Shown in pieces: positions 18,343-28,480 of a stretch of DNA of 64,000 nucleotides. Source of the stretch: an uncultured bacterium (lineage in GTDB: Bacteria; Patescibacteriota; Minisyncoccia; UBA6257; 2-01-FULL-56-20). The notes beneath the pieces are model-generated. The model searched no databases. It was not told the DNA's origin and was given only the letters and a program-made list of their open reading frames with translations. Both the position numbers and the translations under genes were made by a program. The stretch lies in assembly GCA_963707865.1 (NCBI GenBank), contig OY970175.1, positions 489,493-553,492 of the forward strand, written 5' to 3'. How positions within the stretch are numbered: position 1 is the stretch's first letter; the number at the start of each line of letters is the position of its first letter.

Positions 18343-18754
18343 GCCGCCGGAGCAGATTTGGATGATGTGCTAAATCGAGTATGGTATCGAAGTGGCGCAA
18401 GAATTGCCAGGGAAAGTATTACGTTTATTGTACCCCGAATGCCCCCTGTAAATGCGAAATTGTGGATAAGTGTTCTCGGATGGCGAATGTCGCTGCGGAA
18501 CTGGGGCGAAATCGTGAGCCAGCTCGTGATCCTCTGAAGCGTGGGGGAGGGCAACGGAGCGGTATTGGAGATTTCTATCCCAGGCCCTGACGCCATCCAA
18601 CCTAACCGCCATATCTCCCTCCACTCCCCCATTTCCCTCATAATCTGGTTCCAACTATATACACAGGACGTGTATTTGACAGCGTTTTGATCTTGCCCTA
18701 GCATGTAAGTACTAACACCACCGCCACTGCCGCAAGGCAAGGGCGGTTTTCGTT

Positions 18755-19351
18755 TTGGGGCTATATGACAATTTCAAAATCACATTATATACTGTTCGCA
18801 TGATACAACCGAGTTCGCCAGAACGAGTGGTTGTTTACATTGATGGAGCAAATTTTTTTAGGAGGCTTAAGGATCCTCAAATCAATCTTCCCTCAGGAAA
18901 GATTTTTGATTATTCGAAATTCGCTAACTACTTAGCGAATGGAAGAAAATTGGTATCTAAAAGGTATTACGTCGGGGTCGTGAGAAACGTGGATGGTACA
19001 AAGAGGAGCGCCGATTTAGTAAGACACCAACAGAAATTTTTAACAGAAATTGAGAATGAGGGTTTTGCAGTAAAAAGAGGCAGAATTGTTTACGACAATA
19101 CAATTCGTGAAAAAGGCGTTGATGTTAAGCTTGCGACAGATTTGTTGATCGGCGCGATAGACAATCTCTACGATACAGCAATTATCGTGAGCTCGGACAC
19201 CGATTTAGTTCCTGCTATTGAATATATAAAATTTAAGAAGAAAAAGATTGAGTATGTAGGTTTTTCTCACAGACCGTCCCTAGGAATGCAAAAATATGCC
19301 GATATTAGTGTTTTATTACAGAAAAAAGATATTGACGCCTGCTTGCACTGA
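18755..19351 (+). CDS. NYN (LabA-like/PIN-like) domain protein
   Basis: VVVYIDGANFF...AIIVSSDTDLVPAIE is typical NYN/DUF88. Confidence 0.65.
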   Translation: MGLYDNFKITLYTVRMIQPSSPERVVVYIDGANFFRRLKDPQINLPSGKIFDYSKFANYLANGRKLVSKRYYVGVVRNVDGTKRSADLVRHQQKFLTEIENEGFAVKRGRIVYDNTIREKGVDVKLATDLLIGAIDNLYDTAIIVSSDTDLVPAIEYIKFKKKKIEYVGFSHRPSLGMQKYADISVLLQKKDIDACLH

Positions 19352-19412
19352 TACCTCGGATCCGGTCCAAGGAGTTAAATAGAAACGCCGATCACTCTAT
19401 CCCCACCACCCA

Positions 19413-19440
19413 GGTTCTCACGTCGTCCAGCCGCCGGAGC
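19413..19440 (+). repeat. 28-bp tRNA-3-prime-like repeat, copy R1 (outlier)
   Basis: ggttctcacgtcgtccagccgccggagc. Confidence 0.8.
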
Positions 19441-19478
19441 GAGAAAAGCAAGATTATCTTTTATATGAGAAAGGTCCC

Positions 19479-20387
19479 CTAATGTTGATTGAGTTTTATC
19501 TGAAGTTGCTGAATCTGTAGAAGTAGGGCAGCTATTTGGGACTGAAGTTGTGTTTTCAAAACGAGATCCTCCACAACACACGATGTCTTATTTTGATTCC
19601 ATTCGTAACCGCTCTGACACCCACAATTTAGCTGACCATCGCTAGTCTTTGTACCGTCCCAATTGCTGTTTGACCCATAGGTATCCTGGCACGCCTGATC
19701 ATTTGTTTTTGTTGGCACCGCCGTACAACCATCCTTTGCTAAATTGGCTTGAAAACCGCTGTCGCATTGGCATTTGGTTAGATCGGTGGGCGAAGCGTGA
19801 GAGTTAATGGGGCAATTGCTTGAGTTAGTCGAATATGCGGGAGGATAGTAGTAATTGGTTGTCTTGTAGGTGCAACTTGAGCCATCAAATTCATAGCCAA
19901 TCATGCATTCACACTGTTTAGACAGACTATTATATTGAGACATTAACCCCAACTTACTGGAACAATAACTATTGCCGCTTACACACTGCCCTGAAGCACC
20001 TATTACGTAACCGTAATTACACTTACAAGAAGAGATACCGTCATAATATGAATTTAGTGGACACGAAGGCGTGGTCGGATACGAATAGTCATAACTATTG
20101 TAGGTCGGAGAATAGCTACCACCCGATGACTGACCATAATAGTTATTTAGATACGTATCTGGATTCCCTCCGGTTATCTTCCCAGTGTTGGGATTATAAT
20201 TTCCGGGAAAGCTGTAATTGTTATACGGATTACTATCTGGAGCTGTACGTTCATAGCCATTAACGTAGGTACCGTTACTGCGAAAATAACCGTTTACATA
20301 GACGGCGCTGGCCTGAAAAGCTGTGAGGCCGACACTGATGATTGCAATAGCGCTTGCTAAGACAAGCAACCGCCTGCTAGAAGTCAT
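19479..20387 (-). CDS. Secreted Cys/Tyr/Asn-rich protein with C-terminal coiled coil
   Basis: Signal peptide MTSSRRLLVLASAIAIISVGLTAFQASA. More than 20 Cys. No recognisable family. Confidence 0.5.
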   Translation of the reverse strand: MTSSRRLLVLASAIAIISVGLTAFQASAVYVNGYFRSNGTYVNGYERTAPDSNPYNNYSFPGNYNPNTGKITGGNPDTYLNNYYGQSSGGSYSPTYNSYDYSYPTTPSCPLNSYYDGISSCKCNYGYVIGASGQCVSGNSYCSSKLGLMSQYNSLSKQCECMIGYEFDGSSCTYKTTNYYYPPAYSTNSSNCPINSHASPTDLTKCQCDSGFQANLAKDGCTAVPTKTNDQACQDTYGSNSNWDGTKTSDGQLNCGCQSGYEWNQNKTSCVVEDLVLKTQLQSQIAALLLQIQQLQIKLNQH

Positions 20388-20460
20388 ATTTAAAGTCTAC
20401 TCTCCCTATTTCCAGGCGTCCCTTTCCCGTACCCAAAAAAGGAAATAGAACTTTTGATCT

Positions 20461-21960
20461 TTACTCTATGACGGGAATATTCCGTCCCTGAAGTTTATAG
20501 CATAGCGCCATATACTTCCGGGCTGAATTCTTCCAGGAGAAATCTTGCGCCATGGCACGTTCCACCAATCTTGCCCATTCGCGCTTGTTTTGATAGCTTT
20601 CATGCGCGCGGACCATGGTGATCATAAGTGCCTGCGGATCAAACTTTTCAAATACAAATCCGGTTCCTTTACTGTGATGAGGATCAAAATCAATGACGGT
20701 ATCGGCGAGGCCGCCCGTTTTACGCACAATGGGGATCGCTCCGTACCGCATAGCCTCAAGCTGCACGAGGCCGGCGGGCTCAAAACGCGACGGCATAAGG
20801 ATCGCGTCGGCTCCAGCATAGATAGCCCGCGGCAATTTTTCGTCATATTCCAGATAAGTGCCAACGCGCCCAGGATAATCTTCTTCAAGTTTCTTGAAGA
20901 ATTTTTTGTATTCCGTAGCGCCGTCGCCCAGTAGCACGAATTGAAATACAAGATTATCGAGCAGCGGCCGCATGATGTCTTCGAGGAGCGATAATCCCTT
21001 TTGTTCGTCGAGCCGCCCATTGTATCCGATCACCATCGCATCCTTCTCCTCGCGGAGGCCGAAATGCTGCTGAAGGATTATTTTGTTCTTCGCGCGGGCG
21101 TCGACGTGATGTACGTTGTAATGAACGGCGATCAGAGGGTCGGTGGCGGGATCAAAGCGTTCGTCATCGATGCCGTTCAAGATACCCACAAGACTTCCCC
21201 GTCGTTCTTGAAGCACTCCCTCTAAATTTTCTCCGTATTCGGGAGAGAGAATCTCCCGCGCATAGGTCGGGGAGACAGTCACAATCTCGTCAGCATAGAG
21301 TATCCCCCGCCGCATTCCGTTCAGGTATTTCATATCCGAGAAGAACGGCGGAATCGGCTCGCGGCCGAAATCGGCGTCCATCTCCGACACGAATGCGGCA
21401 TCGAACGTTCCTTGATTGCGGAGATTATGGATGCAGAAAATGACGCCGATCCCTTTGAGCGCCGGATTGTCCTTATGTTCCGTCTTCATGAGATTCGGCA
21501 CGAATCCGGCCATCCAGTCGTTCGCAATGATAAAATCCGGCTTCCATTTAGACCGTTTTACGAACTCAAGCACGGCGCGGGAGAGGAGCACCCAGCGCAT
21601 CGTGTCATCTGTGTAGTCGTAGACGTTCGCGCGCTTTTCGAAGCACTCCATGTTTTCCAGAAAATAGGTCACGCTCTTATCCTTCCCGACATGTTCCAAG
21701 ACGTTTGAGACGAGGAGGCCATGTGGGTCTTCCTCCTTGGACGCGACACGCATATGCTCCACGACAAGCTTCATCGGGAATTCTTCCGCGTCGACGATGC
21801 CATATTTGGGAAGGAATACGCGTGCATCGCAGCCGAGCTTGCGCATGGCTCTCGGCAAAGCGCGGAGTACTTCGCCCAATCCCCCTACTTTCGCGAAGGG
21901 CGCCGCCTCAGTACTCACAAAAAGAACCCGCAAGGGCTTCTGCACAAAAGGGATCTTCAT
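20461..21960 (-). CDS. glgA: Glycogen/starch synthase (GT5, GlgA-like)
   Basis: N-terminal KVGGLGEV motif and GT-B fold. About 500 aa. Confidence 0.75.
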   Translation of the reverse strand: MKIPFVQKPLRVLFVSTEAAPFAKVGGLGEVLRALPRAMRKLGCDARVFLPKYGIVDAEEFPMKLVVEHMRVASKEEDPHGLLVSNVLEHVGKDKSVTYFLENMECFEKRANVYDYTDDTMRWVLLSRAVLEFVKRSKWKPDFIIANDWMAGFVPNLMKTEHKDNPALKGIGVIFCIHNLRNQGTFDAAFVSEMDADFGREPIPPFFSDMKYLNGMRRGILYADEIVTVSPTYAREILSPEYGENLEGVLQERRGSLVGILNGIDDERFDPATDPLIAVHYNVHHVDARAKNKIILQQHFGLREEKDAMVIGYNGRLDEQKGLSLLEDIMRPLLDNLVFQFVLLGDGATEYKKFFKKLEEDYPGRVGTYLEYDEKLPRAIYAGADAILMPSRFEPAGLVQLEAMRYGAIPIVRKTGGLADTVIDFDPHHSKGTGFVFEKFDPQALMITMVRAHESYQNKREWARLVERAMAQDFSWKNSARKYMALCYKLQGRNIPVIE

Positions 21961-22040
21961 ACTCTATAGTATAACCCTTCCGAGAATCGAACCGAAATTT
22001 GAAATAAAAATAGATTCTACGGGGATAAATCAAAGCGGCG
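21961..22040 (-). other. Conserved ~60-nt element with tRNA T-arm-like segment immediately upstream of glgA
   Basis: Minus-strand sequence ccgctttgatttatccccgtagaatctatttttatttcaaatttcggttcgattctcgg is ~80% identical to the element at 33861-33945 upstream of arsR. Confidence 0.4.
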
Positions 22041-22055
22041 ATATTCCCTGCGCAG

Positions 22056-22442
22056 CTATTGGATGGTCTGCCACGAAACGACGCTTGGCTGGTCTGTAGC
22101 GGTATTTATCGTAACGACGACGCTTATCTTCCTTGTATGCCCCGAAACCGTCGCCACGGATAGGATTGTTGCAGACCCGGCCGCCTGGGTAACACTAACC
22201 GTTGCCGCTGAGCTCCCCACTGCCACTTGATAACTGCTTGTGGCGAAAGCGGAATTACGGTCAAGCTGGAGCAGCGCGTCTTCCGCCCCTGATGTCGCTA
22301 CCGCCTCTGCCTGCGCCGACGCCTGATAGCCATAGCCGGTGTCAACGGACGAGTTGGCAAGAAACGCAAGGGTAAGACTGACGATAATAACTATCGCGCC
22401 GACCAAAAGCATGAATGTCAAAAGCATCTGGCCACGATTCAT
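22056..22442 (-). CDS. Pilin-like protein (minor/pseudo-pilin)
   Basis: Start chosen at MNRGQMLLTFMLLVGAIVIIVSL (hydrophobic prepilin-like N-terminus). The ORF-track start includes an unlikely N-terminal extension. Confidence 0.45.
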   Translation of the reverse strand: MNRGQMLLTFMLLVGAIVIIVSLTLAFLANSSVDTGYGYQASAQAEAVATSGAEDALLQLDRNSAFATSSYQVAVGSSAATVSVTQAAGSATILSVATVSGHTRKISVVVTINTATDQPSVVSWQTIQ

Positions 22443-22548
22443 CTCGTTGATTATACCATTCGGCCGGGCCAGGCCGCAGGACCCCGCGCCGAAGGTCCGG
22501 GCCCGCAGGGCTATAGCGCCGCAGGGCAGCGCCGAGACCGAACTCAAC

Positions 22549-23028
22549 TCAATAGCTCACGGCTCCGGACGAAGCAACGGAGATAGTGGAGGAAAGCGAC
22601 GCAGTGCCCCGCGAGTAAAGCCCAATGCTTGTTGAAACCGAAGCGGTGCCGGTGATCTGTGAAAACGTGATGTCGATCGCCGCGCCGGAAGCGAGCGTCG
22701 CGGTGGCATAGGCAACGGACGACGGCAGGGGGTAATATCCCATGATCGCGGACGTAGCATAGGTAGAGGAGGCAAAGAGGGCATAGAACGGCGTGGTCGC
22801 TGTCGCATTCTCAAGATGCACGCCCCACGAAACGCTTTGCTCCTGCGCCATTGAATCACTTTGTGCTTCGCGGAGCAGCGCCGCAATATTTTTCGTGGCG
22901 CTATTAAAATCCGCCTCGTTGCGGCCTCCAAACAAATTGGCGGTGTTGAGTAGGACAATGAGAGCGGCGAGGAGCGCAATTGTGATGACAATCTCTATGA
23001 GCGTAAATCCCGCGCGGAGAGTTTTCAT
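22549..23028 (-). CDS. Type IV pilin
   Basis: MKTLRAGFTLIEIVITIALLAALIVLL is a canonical GFTLIE prepilin motif. Confidence 0.75.
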   Translation of the reverse strand: MKTLRAGFTLIEIVITIALLAALIVLLNTANLFGGRNEADFNSATKNIAALLREAQSDSMAQEQSVSWGVHLENATATTPFYALFASSTYATSAIMGYYPLPSSVAYATATLASGAAIDITFSQITGTASVSTSIGLYSRGTASLSSTISVASSGAVSY

Positions 23029-23037
23029 TTCCTTTCG

Positions 23038-24039
23038 CTAAATGGATCTTGCCCGATACGCCTTCGGCGCCTTGCGCAAAAATTGCATGAGCTTCGCTTT
23101 TGTGAGCAATCCCGTCTGCGCCCCAAAAAACTGGACTACGTGCATGGATTCGATCGGCGCCCAGCACAACGCTTCATGCACCGGGAGACCGTAGATGAGC
23201 GCACAGAGAAAGCCGGTGGAGAATGCGTCACCCGCGCCCGTGCGCGAGATCGGCGGTTTGGGATCCGGATACGGCGGCATGAAATACCGCGAGGTCCCGT
23301 TGGAGGCATAAGCACCCTTGGGCCCATCCGTGATCGCGACGATCGTGGGACCTAGTTTGTGGAGCGCTTCAAAGAGCACGCGGATGTCGGTGCCTTCCTT
23401 TTTCTTTGCCACAAGCTCCGCTTCTTCACGATTCACAAAAAGAACGTAGGTATGCTTGTAAACGTCTTTCAGCTTGTCCGCCCCGAAGCGCAGCTGGAAC
23501 GTGCCCGGGTTGAACCCCATCCGCACCTCGGGATGCCGCTTCATATACGCCGCGAGCTTGTGATGGAGCGGCAGCGTATGCTCACCGATGGAAGAGAAAT
23601 AAAGCCAATCGGTCCGCCGGTCCAACGCGCGCGGATCCACGTACTCGTAATCCTGGTGCTTGATCAAAATCGTCCGTTCGGCCCGGAACGTGAGCACAAA
23701 ATGATAGTTCGTCGGCTTCCGCGGATTTATCTTCACGAACTCCGGCGATACGCCCTCTTTCCGATATACGTCAAGGATCTCCTCGCCGTAGTGATCCTTC
23801 CCGATGGCGGCGAGCATTGCCGTAGCAAGCCCGAGGCGGCTCGCGCCCACGGCAACGTTGGAAGCATTACCCACCGCCGGCGCAACAACGAGCGACTCGT
23901 ACGGGACCTTGTTCGCGAACGACATGCAAAGTTGGCAACGCTCGTGGTTCAGATCGCAATGCACCGACGCTTCGTGCAGCTGGATGAAAGCGTCAATCAC
24001 CACATCGCCCACGCACACCAGGTCATATTTTCGCTTCAT
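23038..24039 (-). CDS. PfkB-family carbohydrate kinase (ribokinase-like)
   Basis: GAGDAFSTGFL anion-hole/ATP motif. PfkB fold. Confidence 0.7.
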   Translation of the reverse strand: MKRKYDLVCVGDVVIDAFIQLHEASVHCDLNHERCQLCMSFANKVPYESLVVAPAVGNASNVAVGASRLGLATAMLAAIGKDHYGEEILDVYRKEGVSPEFVKINPRKPTNYHFVLTFRAERTILIKHQDYEYVDPRALDRRTDWLYFSSIGEHTLPLHHKLAAYMKRHPEVRMGFNPGTFQLRFGADKLKDVYKHTYVLFVNREEAELVAKKKEGTDIRVLFEALHKLGPTIVAITDGPKGAYASNGTSRYFMPPYPDPKPPISRTGAGDAFSTGFLCALIYGLPVHEALCWAPIESMHVVQFFGAQTGLLTKAKLMQFLRKAPKAYRARSI

Positions 24040-24052
24040 AAGTATCGTATGG

Positions 24053-25045
24053 CTATTTTTTTCTGCGCAACACTCTCTTTACTGCCGCTTTAATGTCTTT
24101 CACGCCCATTCCATATTTCTCAATCAGCGCATCCGGCGGGCCGGATTCCCCGAATACATCATGCAAACCGACAAACTCCATGGGCACGGGCGCGTGTTTC
24201 GCAAGCACCTCCGCGACCGCGCCGCCCAATCCTCCATTTATCTGATGCTCCTCCACAGTCACGACTGCGCCAATCTTTTTTGCAAGCTCCGCGATCTTCT
24301 TTTCGTCCAGCGGCTTTATCGTATGGCAGTTCAGAACGACCGTGCCGATTTTTTCCTTCTCCAATTCCCGCGCGGCAACGAGCGCATTATAGAGAAGCCC
24401 ACCGCAACCGACCACCAGCACCAAGGGTTTCTTTGATTCCCAAAAAATTTCCGCTTTGCCGGGCACGTAGGGCGTCTCCTCGGTCGTCACAATTGGCATC
24501 TTCTCGCGCCCAAAGCGCAGATATACCGGCCCCCAAATCCGCGCCGCCGCGAGCGTTGCCTTCTTCGCTTCCACCGCATCGCACGGCACGAACACTTTCA
24601 TATTCGGCATCGCCCGCATTATAGCGATATCCTCCGTCGCCTGATGCGTCGCCCCGTCGGGGCCCGTGGAAATCCCCGCATGGTGCCCCGCGATTTTCAC
24701 GTTTGCATCATTATAGGCGATCGTCGTCCTGATTTGCTCCCAATTCCTGCCCGGCGAAAAAGTAGCGAAAGACGCGATAAACGGAATTTTCCCCGAAACG
24801 CCGAGTCCCGCCGCGATCGCCGCCATATTCTGTTCCGCAACGCCCACTTCTATAAATCGCTCCGGGAACCTCTTTGCAAACGCCTCGGTGCGCGTGGATT
24901 CTGTAAGGTCGGCGCAAAGTGCGACGATATTCCAGTTACTCTCCCCTGCCGCGAGCAAGCCGTCGCCGTATCCGTCGCGCGTCGGTTTCCGTTCCACATC
25001 GGCATCAAACAATTTCGGATTCAGTTTTGCCTCCGGATTAAGCAT
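24053..25045 (-). CDS. Transketolase, C-terminal subunit (pyrimidine-binding + C-terminal domain)
   Basis: Split-transketolase C-terminal part (...AEQNMAAIAAGL...). Confidence 0.75.
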   Translation of the reverse strand: MLNPEAKLNPKLFDADVERKPTRDGYGDGLLAAGESNWNIVALCADLTESTRTEAFAKRFPERFIEVGVAEQNMAAIAAGLGVSGKIPFIASFATFSPGRNWEQIRTTIAYNDANVKIAGHHAGISTGPDGATHQATEDIAIMRAMPNMKVFVPCDAVEAKKATLAAARIWGPVYLRFGREKMPIVTTEETPYVPGKAEIFWESKKPLVLVVGCGGLLYNALVAARELEKEKIGTVVLNCHTIKPLDEKKIAELAKKIGAVVTVEEHQINGGLGGAVAEVLAKHAPVPMEFVGLHDVFGESGPPDALIEKYGMGVKDIKAAVKRVLRRKK

Positions 25046-25391
25046 TTTCTTTGTCTTTTCTAATCACACTCCAGTGGTAAAGGTAAAGCGGAACACCAAC
25101 AATGATCATTGCCAAAGCGGTGGCTGCGTCGCGTTCGCGCTGGCTTGTAATTTGGTTATTCTGGAAAACCTCCAGGTCGGCTTGGCTCGGCTGCTGCACC
25201 ACCGCCGCTTTTCCATCCGGCGACGAAACCGGCGCCGCCATCGGATATTGATAGACCTGATCTGCCTTTGTGAAAACGAACGCCCTGAGACCCAAATTGA
25301 CAAGCTGAACGCAGCCAATGACGACCAAAATCAAACCGATAAACGAGAACGTATAGAGATATATTTTCCTTATTAAAGGATACTTATTCAT
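25046..25391 (-). CDS. Small membrane protein
   Basis: Start taken at MNKYPLIRKIYLYTFSFIGLILVVIGCV. The ORF-track N-terminal extension overlaps the upstream gene. Confidence 0.4.
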
Positions 25392-26943
25392 GTTCGCTTT
25401 TGATCTTCCCCCGCAGCGTCCGGAGTTCGGCGAGCGCTTTTTGCGCTTCCCCGGGTTTGAATGGCTTTGCATGCCAACGGTAATCGTTCTCCATAAAATC
25501 AACGCCCTTGCCGGGAATTGTGTGCGCAATGATGCAGGTCGGCATCTCGTAAATGGCCTTCGCTTCATTAACCGCCGCGATGATTTCTTCAAAACTGTGG
25601 CCATCAATTTCCAAAACATGCCAGTTGAACGCTTCATACTTCGCGCGCAAGGGCTCTAAAGGCATCACGTCCTCGGTAAAGCCGTCTATTTGGATATTAT
25701 TGCGGTCCACGATGACGGTGAGGTTGTTCAAACGATGTTTCCCTGCGAGCATAATCGCCTCCCAGGTGTTGCCTTCCTCGTGCTCTCCGTCGGAGGTCAA
25801 ACAATATGTTCGCCATTTCTTGCCGTCCATACGCGCCGCGAGTGCGATACCCACGCTCTGCGAGATACCGGAACCAAGCGGACCGGAGGTCGTTTCAATG
25901 CCGGGGAGGGCGGTGCGATGCGGATGGCCCTGCAGCCGCGTACCAAGCTGCCGCAGCGTCTTCAATTCCTCCACCGAAAAATATCCCGCGTGGGCGAGCG
26001 CCGCATACTGAACCGGGCAAATATGGCCATTGGAAAGTACCACACGGTCACGCTCCGGCCAGCCGGGCCGCTTGGGATCGTATCGCAAAATATGGAAATA
26101 CAGCGCGGTAAAAATTTCGGCCATGCCGAGCGGCCCCGCAATATGGCCGGAACCCGCATGCGAGACCATTTCAATCACGTCCTCGCGCAGGCGGTTCGCC
26201 ATGCGCTCCATCTCCTGTAATTTTTTTTCGGTGAGCGACTCCATATGTTCATTGCGCGCATGCGCCTCAACCGTCGCACGGTACCACTCCGAACGCGGAA
26301 GGCGGAGATGGACGAGATTGCCGTACGCCGCGGCCGGATCATCATTCCCGAAAATGTAGTTTCCCGACACCACGACGTCCGCGCCAGCCGCCTTCGCGCG
26401 CCGCGCGGTCTGCGGCACGATCCCGCCATCCACCTCAATTATAGCGTGAGGCATCTTTCGCCTCAAAAACCTGACCTTCGCGAGCGTGAGAGGAAGAAAT
26501 TTCTGTCCCGCAGGACCGGGGTAGACCGCAAGCACCTGAAACCGCGCGATTTTCCCAAAATAGGGTTCCAATTTTTTCACGGAGGTCTCGGGATTGAGCG
26601 CCAGCATCACCTCCGCGCCGTGCGCCACGCATTTCTCGCGGATCGCGTTGAATGTTTTTTCCTTTATGGTCTCTACGTGCATGATGAAACGCCTGGCGCC
26701 TACCGCGAGCCACCGGTCAATGTATGTTTCCGGCCGTTCCACCATCAGGTGCACTTCCAGATTGAACGGCGCGCGGAGATTCGCCCATTCTGTGGGACTT
26801 GCCCATGTTTTGTGGCGCGTGAACGCCCCGTCGGCGACATCAAGATGAAAAAATGTGCCGTTTTCTAAAAATGCTTTCGCGGCGTCCACGCGCTCCCGCA
26901 CGCAGCGCAGATTGGGACAATTGATAACAGGAAGAACTTCCAT
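25384..26943 (-). CDS. Fusion protein: ribulose-phosphate 3-epimerase (N-terminal) + transketolase N-terminal (TPP-binding) subunit
   Basis: First ~215 aa are RPE TIM-barrel (HLDVADGAF..., ...IEVDGGI...). The rest is the transketolase N-terminal part (GSGHIAGPLGMAEIFTALYFHILRYDP...SNGH). Confidence 0.75.
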   Translation of the reverse strand: MEVLPVINCPNLRCVRERVDAAKAFLENGTFFHLDVADGAFTRHKTWASPTEWANLRAPFNLEVHLMVERPETYIDRWLAVGARRFIMHVETIKEKTFNAIREKCVAHGAEVMLALNPETSVKKLEPYFGKIARFQVLAVYPGPAGQKFLPLTLAKVRFLRRKMPHAIIEVDGGIVPQTARRAKAAGADVVVSGNYIFGNDDPAAAYGNLVHLRLPRSEWYRATVEAHARNEHMESLTEKKLQEMERMANRLREDVIEMVSHAGSGHIAGPLGMAEIFTALYFHILRYDPKRPGWPERDRVVLSNGHICPVQYAALAHAGYFSVEELKTLRQLGTRLQGHPHRTALPGIETTSGPLGSGISQSVGIALAARMDGKKWRTYCLTSDGEHEEGNTWEAIMLAGKHRLNNLTVIVDRNNIQIDGFTEDVMPLEPLRAKYEAFNWHVLEIDGHSFEEIIAAVNEAKAIYEMPTCIIAHTIPGKGVDFMENDYRWHAKPFKPGEAQKALAELRTLRGKIKSEHE

Positions 26944-26944
26944 G

Positions 26945-27397
26945 TCAGTGATTTGCTTCTATGGCCCTCACTTTTTCCAGTCGGCGCGCGTACTTTTCTT
27001 CCTTCGCGAACGGCGTCGTAAGAAACACCTTGACAATCTTCACGGCGGTTTCTTCGTCCACAAAGTCAGCTGCAAGCGCGAGCACATTCACATCGTCGTC
27101 ATGGCGACCTTGATACGCATGATCGGATGACATCGCAAGCCCCGCGCGGACGCCATCCACCTTGTTCGCCACAATATCCACCCCAAACCCAGAACCGCAG
27201 ATCACAATGCCGCGGCCCTGCATCGGATCCGCGCCCACTTTTTTCGCCACCGCAAGCGCGTAATCGGGATAATCGTCGTCCGGCGTGAGCGTCGCGGCGC
27301 CGAAATCCGTAACCACATACCCCTCGTCCACAAGCACCGCCTTCAGGCGCTCCTTTAAGTTGAACCCACGATGGTCTGCACCGATATAAATTGTCAT
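26945..27397 (-). CDS. rpiB: Ribose-5-phosphate isomerase B
   Basis: MTIYIGADHRGFNLKERL...IVICGSGFG is the RpiB/LacAB family. Confidence 0.8.
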   Translation of the reverse strand: MTIYIGADHRGFNLKERLKAVLVDEGYVVTDFGAATLTPDDDYPDYALAVAKKVGADPMQGRGIVICGSGFGVDIVANKVDGVRAGLAMSSDHAYQGRHDDDVNVLALAADFVDEETAVKIVKVFLTTPFAKEEKYARRLEKVRAIEANH

Positions 27398-27406
27398 GAA
27401 AGTTCC

Positions 27407-28438
27407 TTACAACAATGCCGCGATTTTCTCCACGTGTCTCACAAGTGTGGAAACATATCCGGCTTCGTTGTCGTACCAGCTCAACACCTTTACGAGATCG
27501 CCGTCAACCACTTTGGTGAAATTGAGGTCTACGATCGCGCCGTACGGATCGCCCACAATGTCCGAAGAAACCAGCTGGTCGTCGGTCACCTTCAATATTC
27601 CCTGCCAGCGGGGTGACGCAGCCGCGTCGGTGAGGATCTTATTGATCTCTTCCACGGAGGTTTTCCGTTTCGCTACGAATGTAATGTCCGAGACGGAACC
27701 CGCGACGGAGGGCACGCGGAACGCCATACCGTCAAACATCCCTTTGAGCGACGGAATCGCGCGCGTGACCGCGATCGCGGCGCCCGTCGTGGACGGAGAA
27801 ATGTTCTGCGCCGCCGCACGCCCACGCCGATAATCTTTACCTCCGCGAATCGGCCCGTCCACGATGCTCTGTGTCGCAGTATACGAATGCACGGTGGAAA
27901 GCATCGCCTTCGCGATACCCGGATTCTCTCCAAGCACCTGGATTACGGGCGATGCCGAGTTCGTGGTGCACGAACCGTTGGAAGTGATGGCGCAGGTCTT
28001 TATGTCATCCTCATTCACGCCCATCAATATCGTTTTCCCATCCGGTCCATCCTCGTCCTTCGCCGGCGCCGTAATCACGACGCGCTTCGCGCCTGCCGCG
28101 AGGTGTACTTTGTTTTTCTCGTACGATTCAAAAATTCCCGTGGACTCAACGACAATATCAACGCTCATCTCCTTCCATGGAAGCTGTGCTGCGTCTTTAA
28201 TCTGTAAAAACTTTATTTCCGTGCCGTTCACGGTAAGTTTTCCATTCGCAAGGTCCGCCTTCACTTCCTTATCGTAACGGCCGTAAACTGTATCGTATTT
28301 TAAAAGATATGCAAGATTCTCCACATCGCCCAGATCATTGATCGCAACGATCTCCAAATCCGGCGACCCGAATGCTGCTCTCATAAACAACCGACCAATC
28401 CGCCCAAACCCGTTTATCGCGACGCGTGCTTTTGCCAT
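27407..28438 (-). CDS. gap: Glyceraldehyde-3-phosphate dehydrogenase
   Basis: MAKARVAINGFGRIGR N-terminus and catalytic SNGSCTTN. Start chosen at MAKARV; the ORF track starts 7 codons earlier at 28459. Confidence 0.85.
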   Translation of the reverse strand: MAKARVAINGFGRIGRLFMRAAFGSPDLEIVAINDLGDVENLAYLLKYDTVYGRYDKEVKADLANGKLTVNGTEIKFLQIKDAAQLPWKEMSVDIVVESTGIFESYEKNKVHLAAGAKRVVITAPAKDEDGPDGKTILMGVNEDDIKTCAITSNGSCTTNSASPVIQVLGENPGIAKAMLSTVHSYTATQSIVDGPIRGGKDYRRGRAAAQNISPSTTGAAIAVTRAIPSLKGMFDGMAFRVPSVAGSVSDITFVAKRKTSVEEINKILTDAAASPRWQGILKVTDDQLVSSDIVGDPYGAIVDLNFTKVVDGDLVKVLSWYDNEAGYVSTLVRHVEKIAALL

Positions 28439-28480
28439 TTCTCTATTATATACCATCAATGGGCGAAGCGAGAGCCCGGT

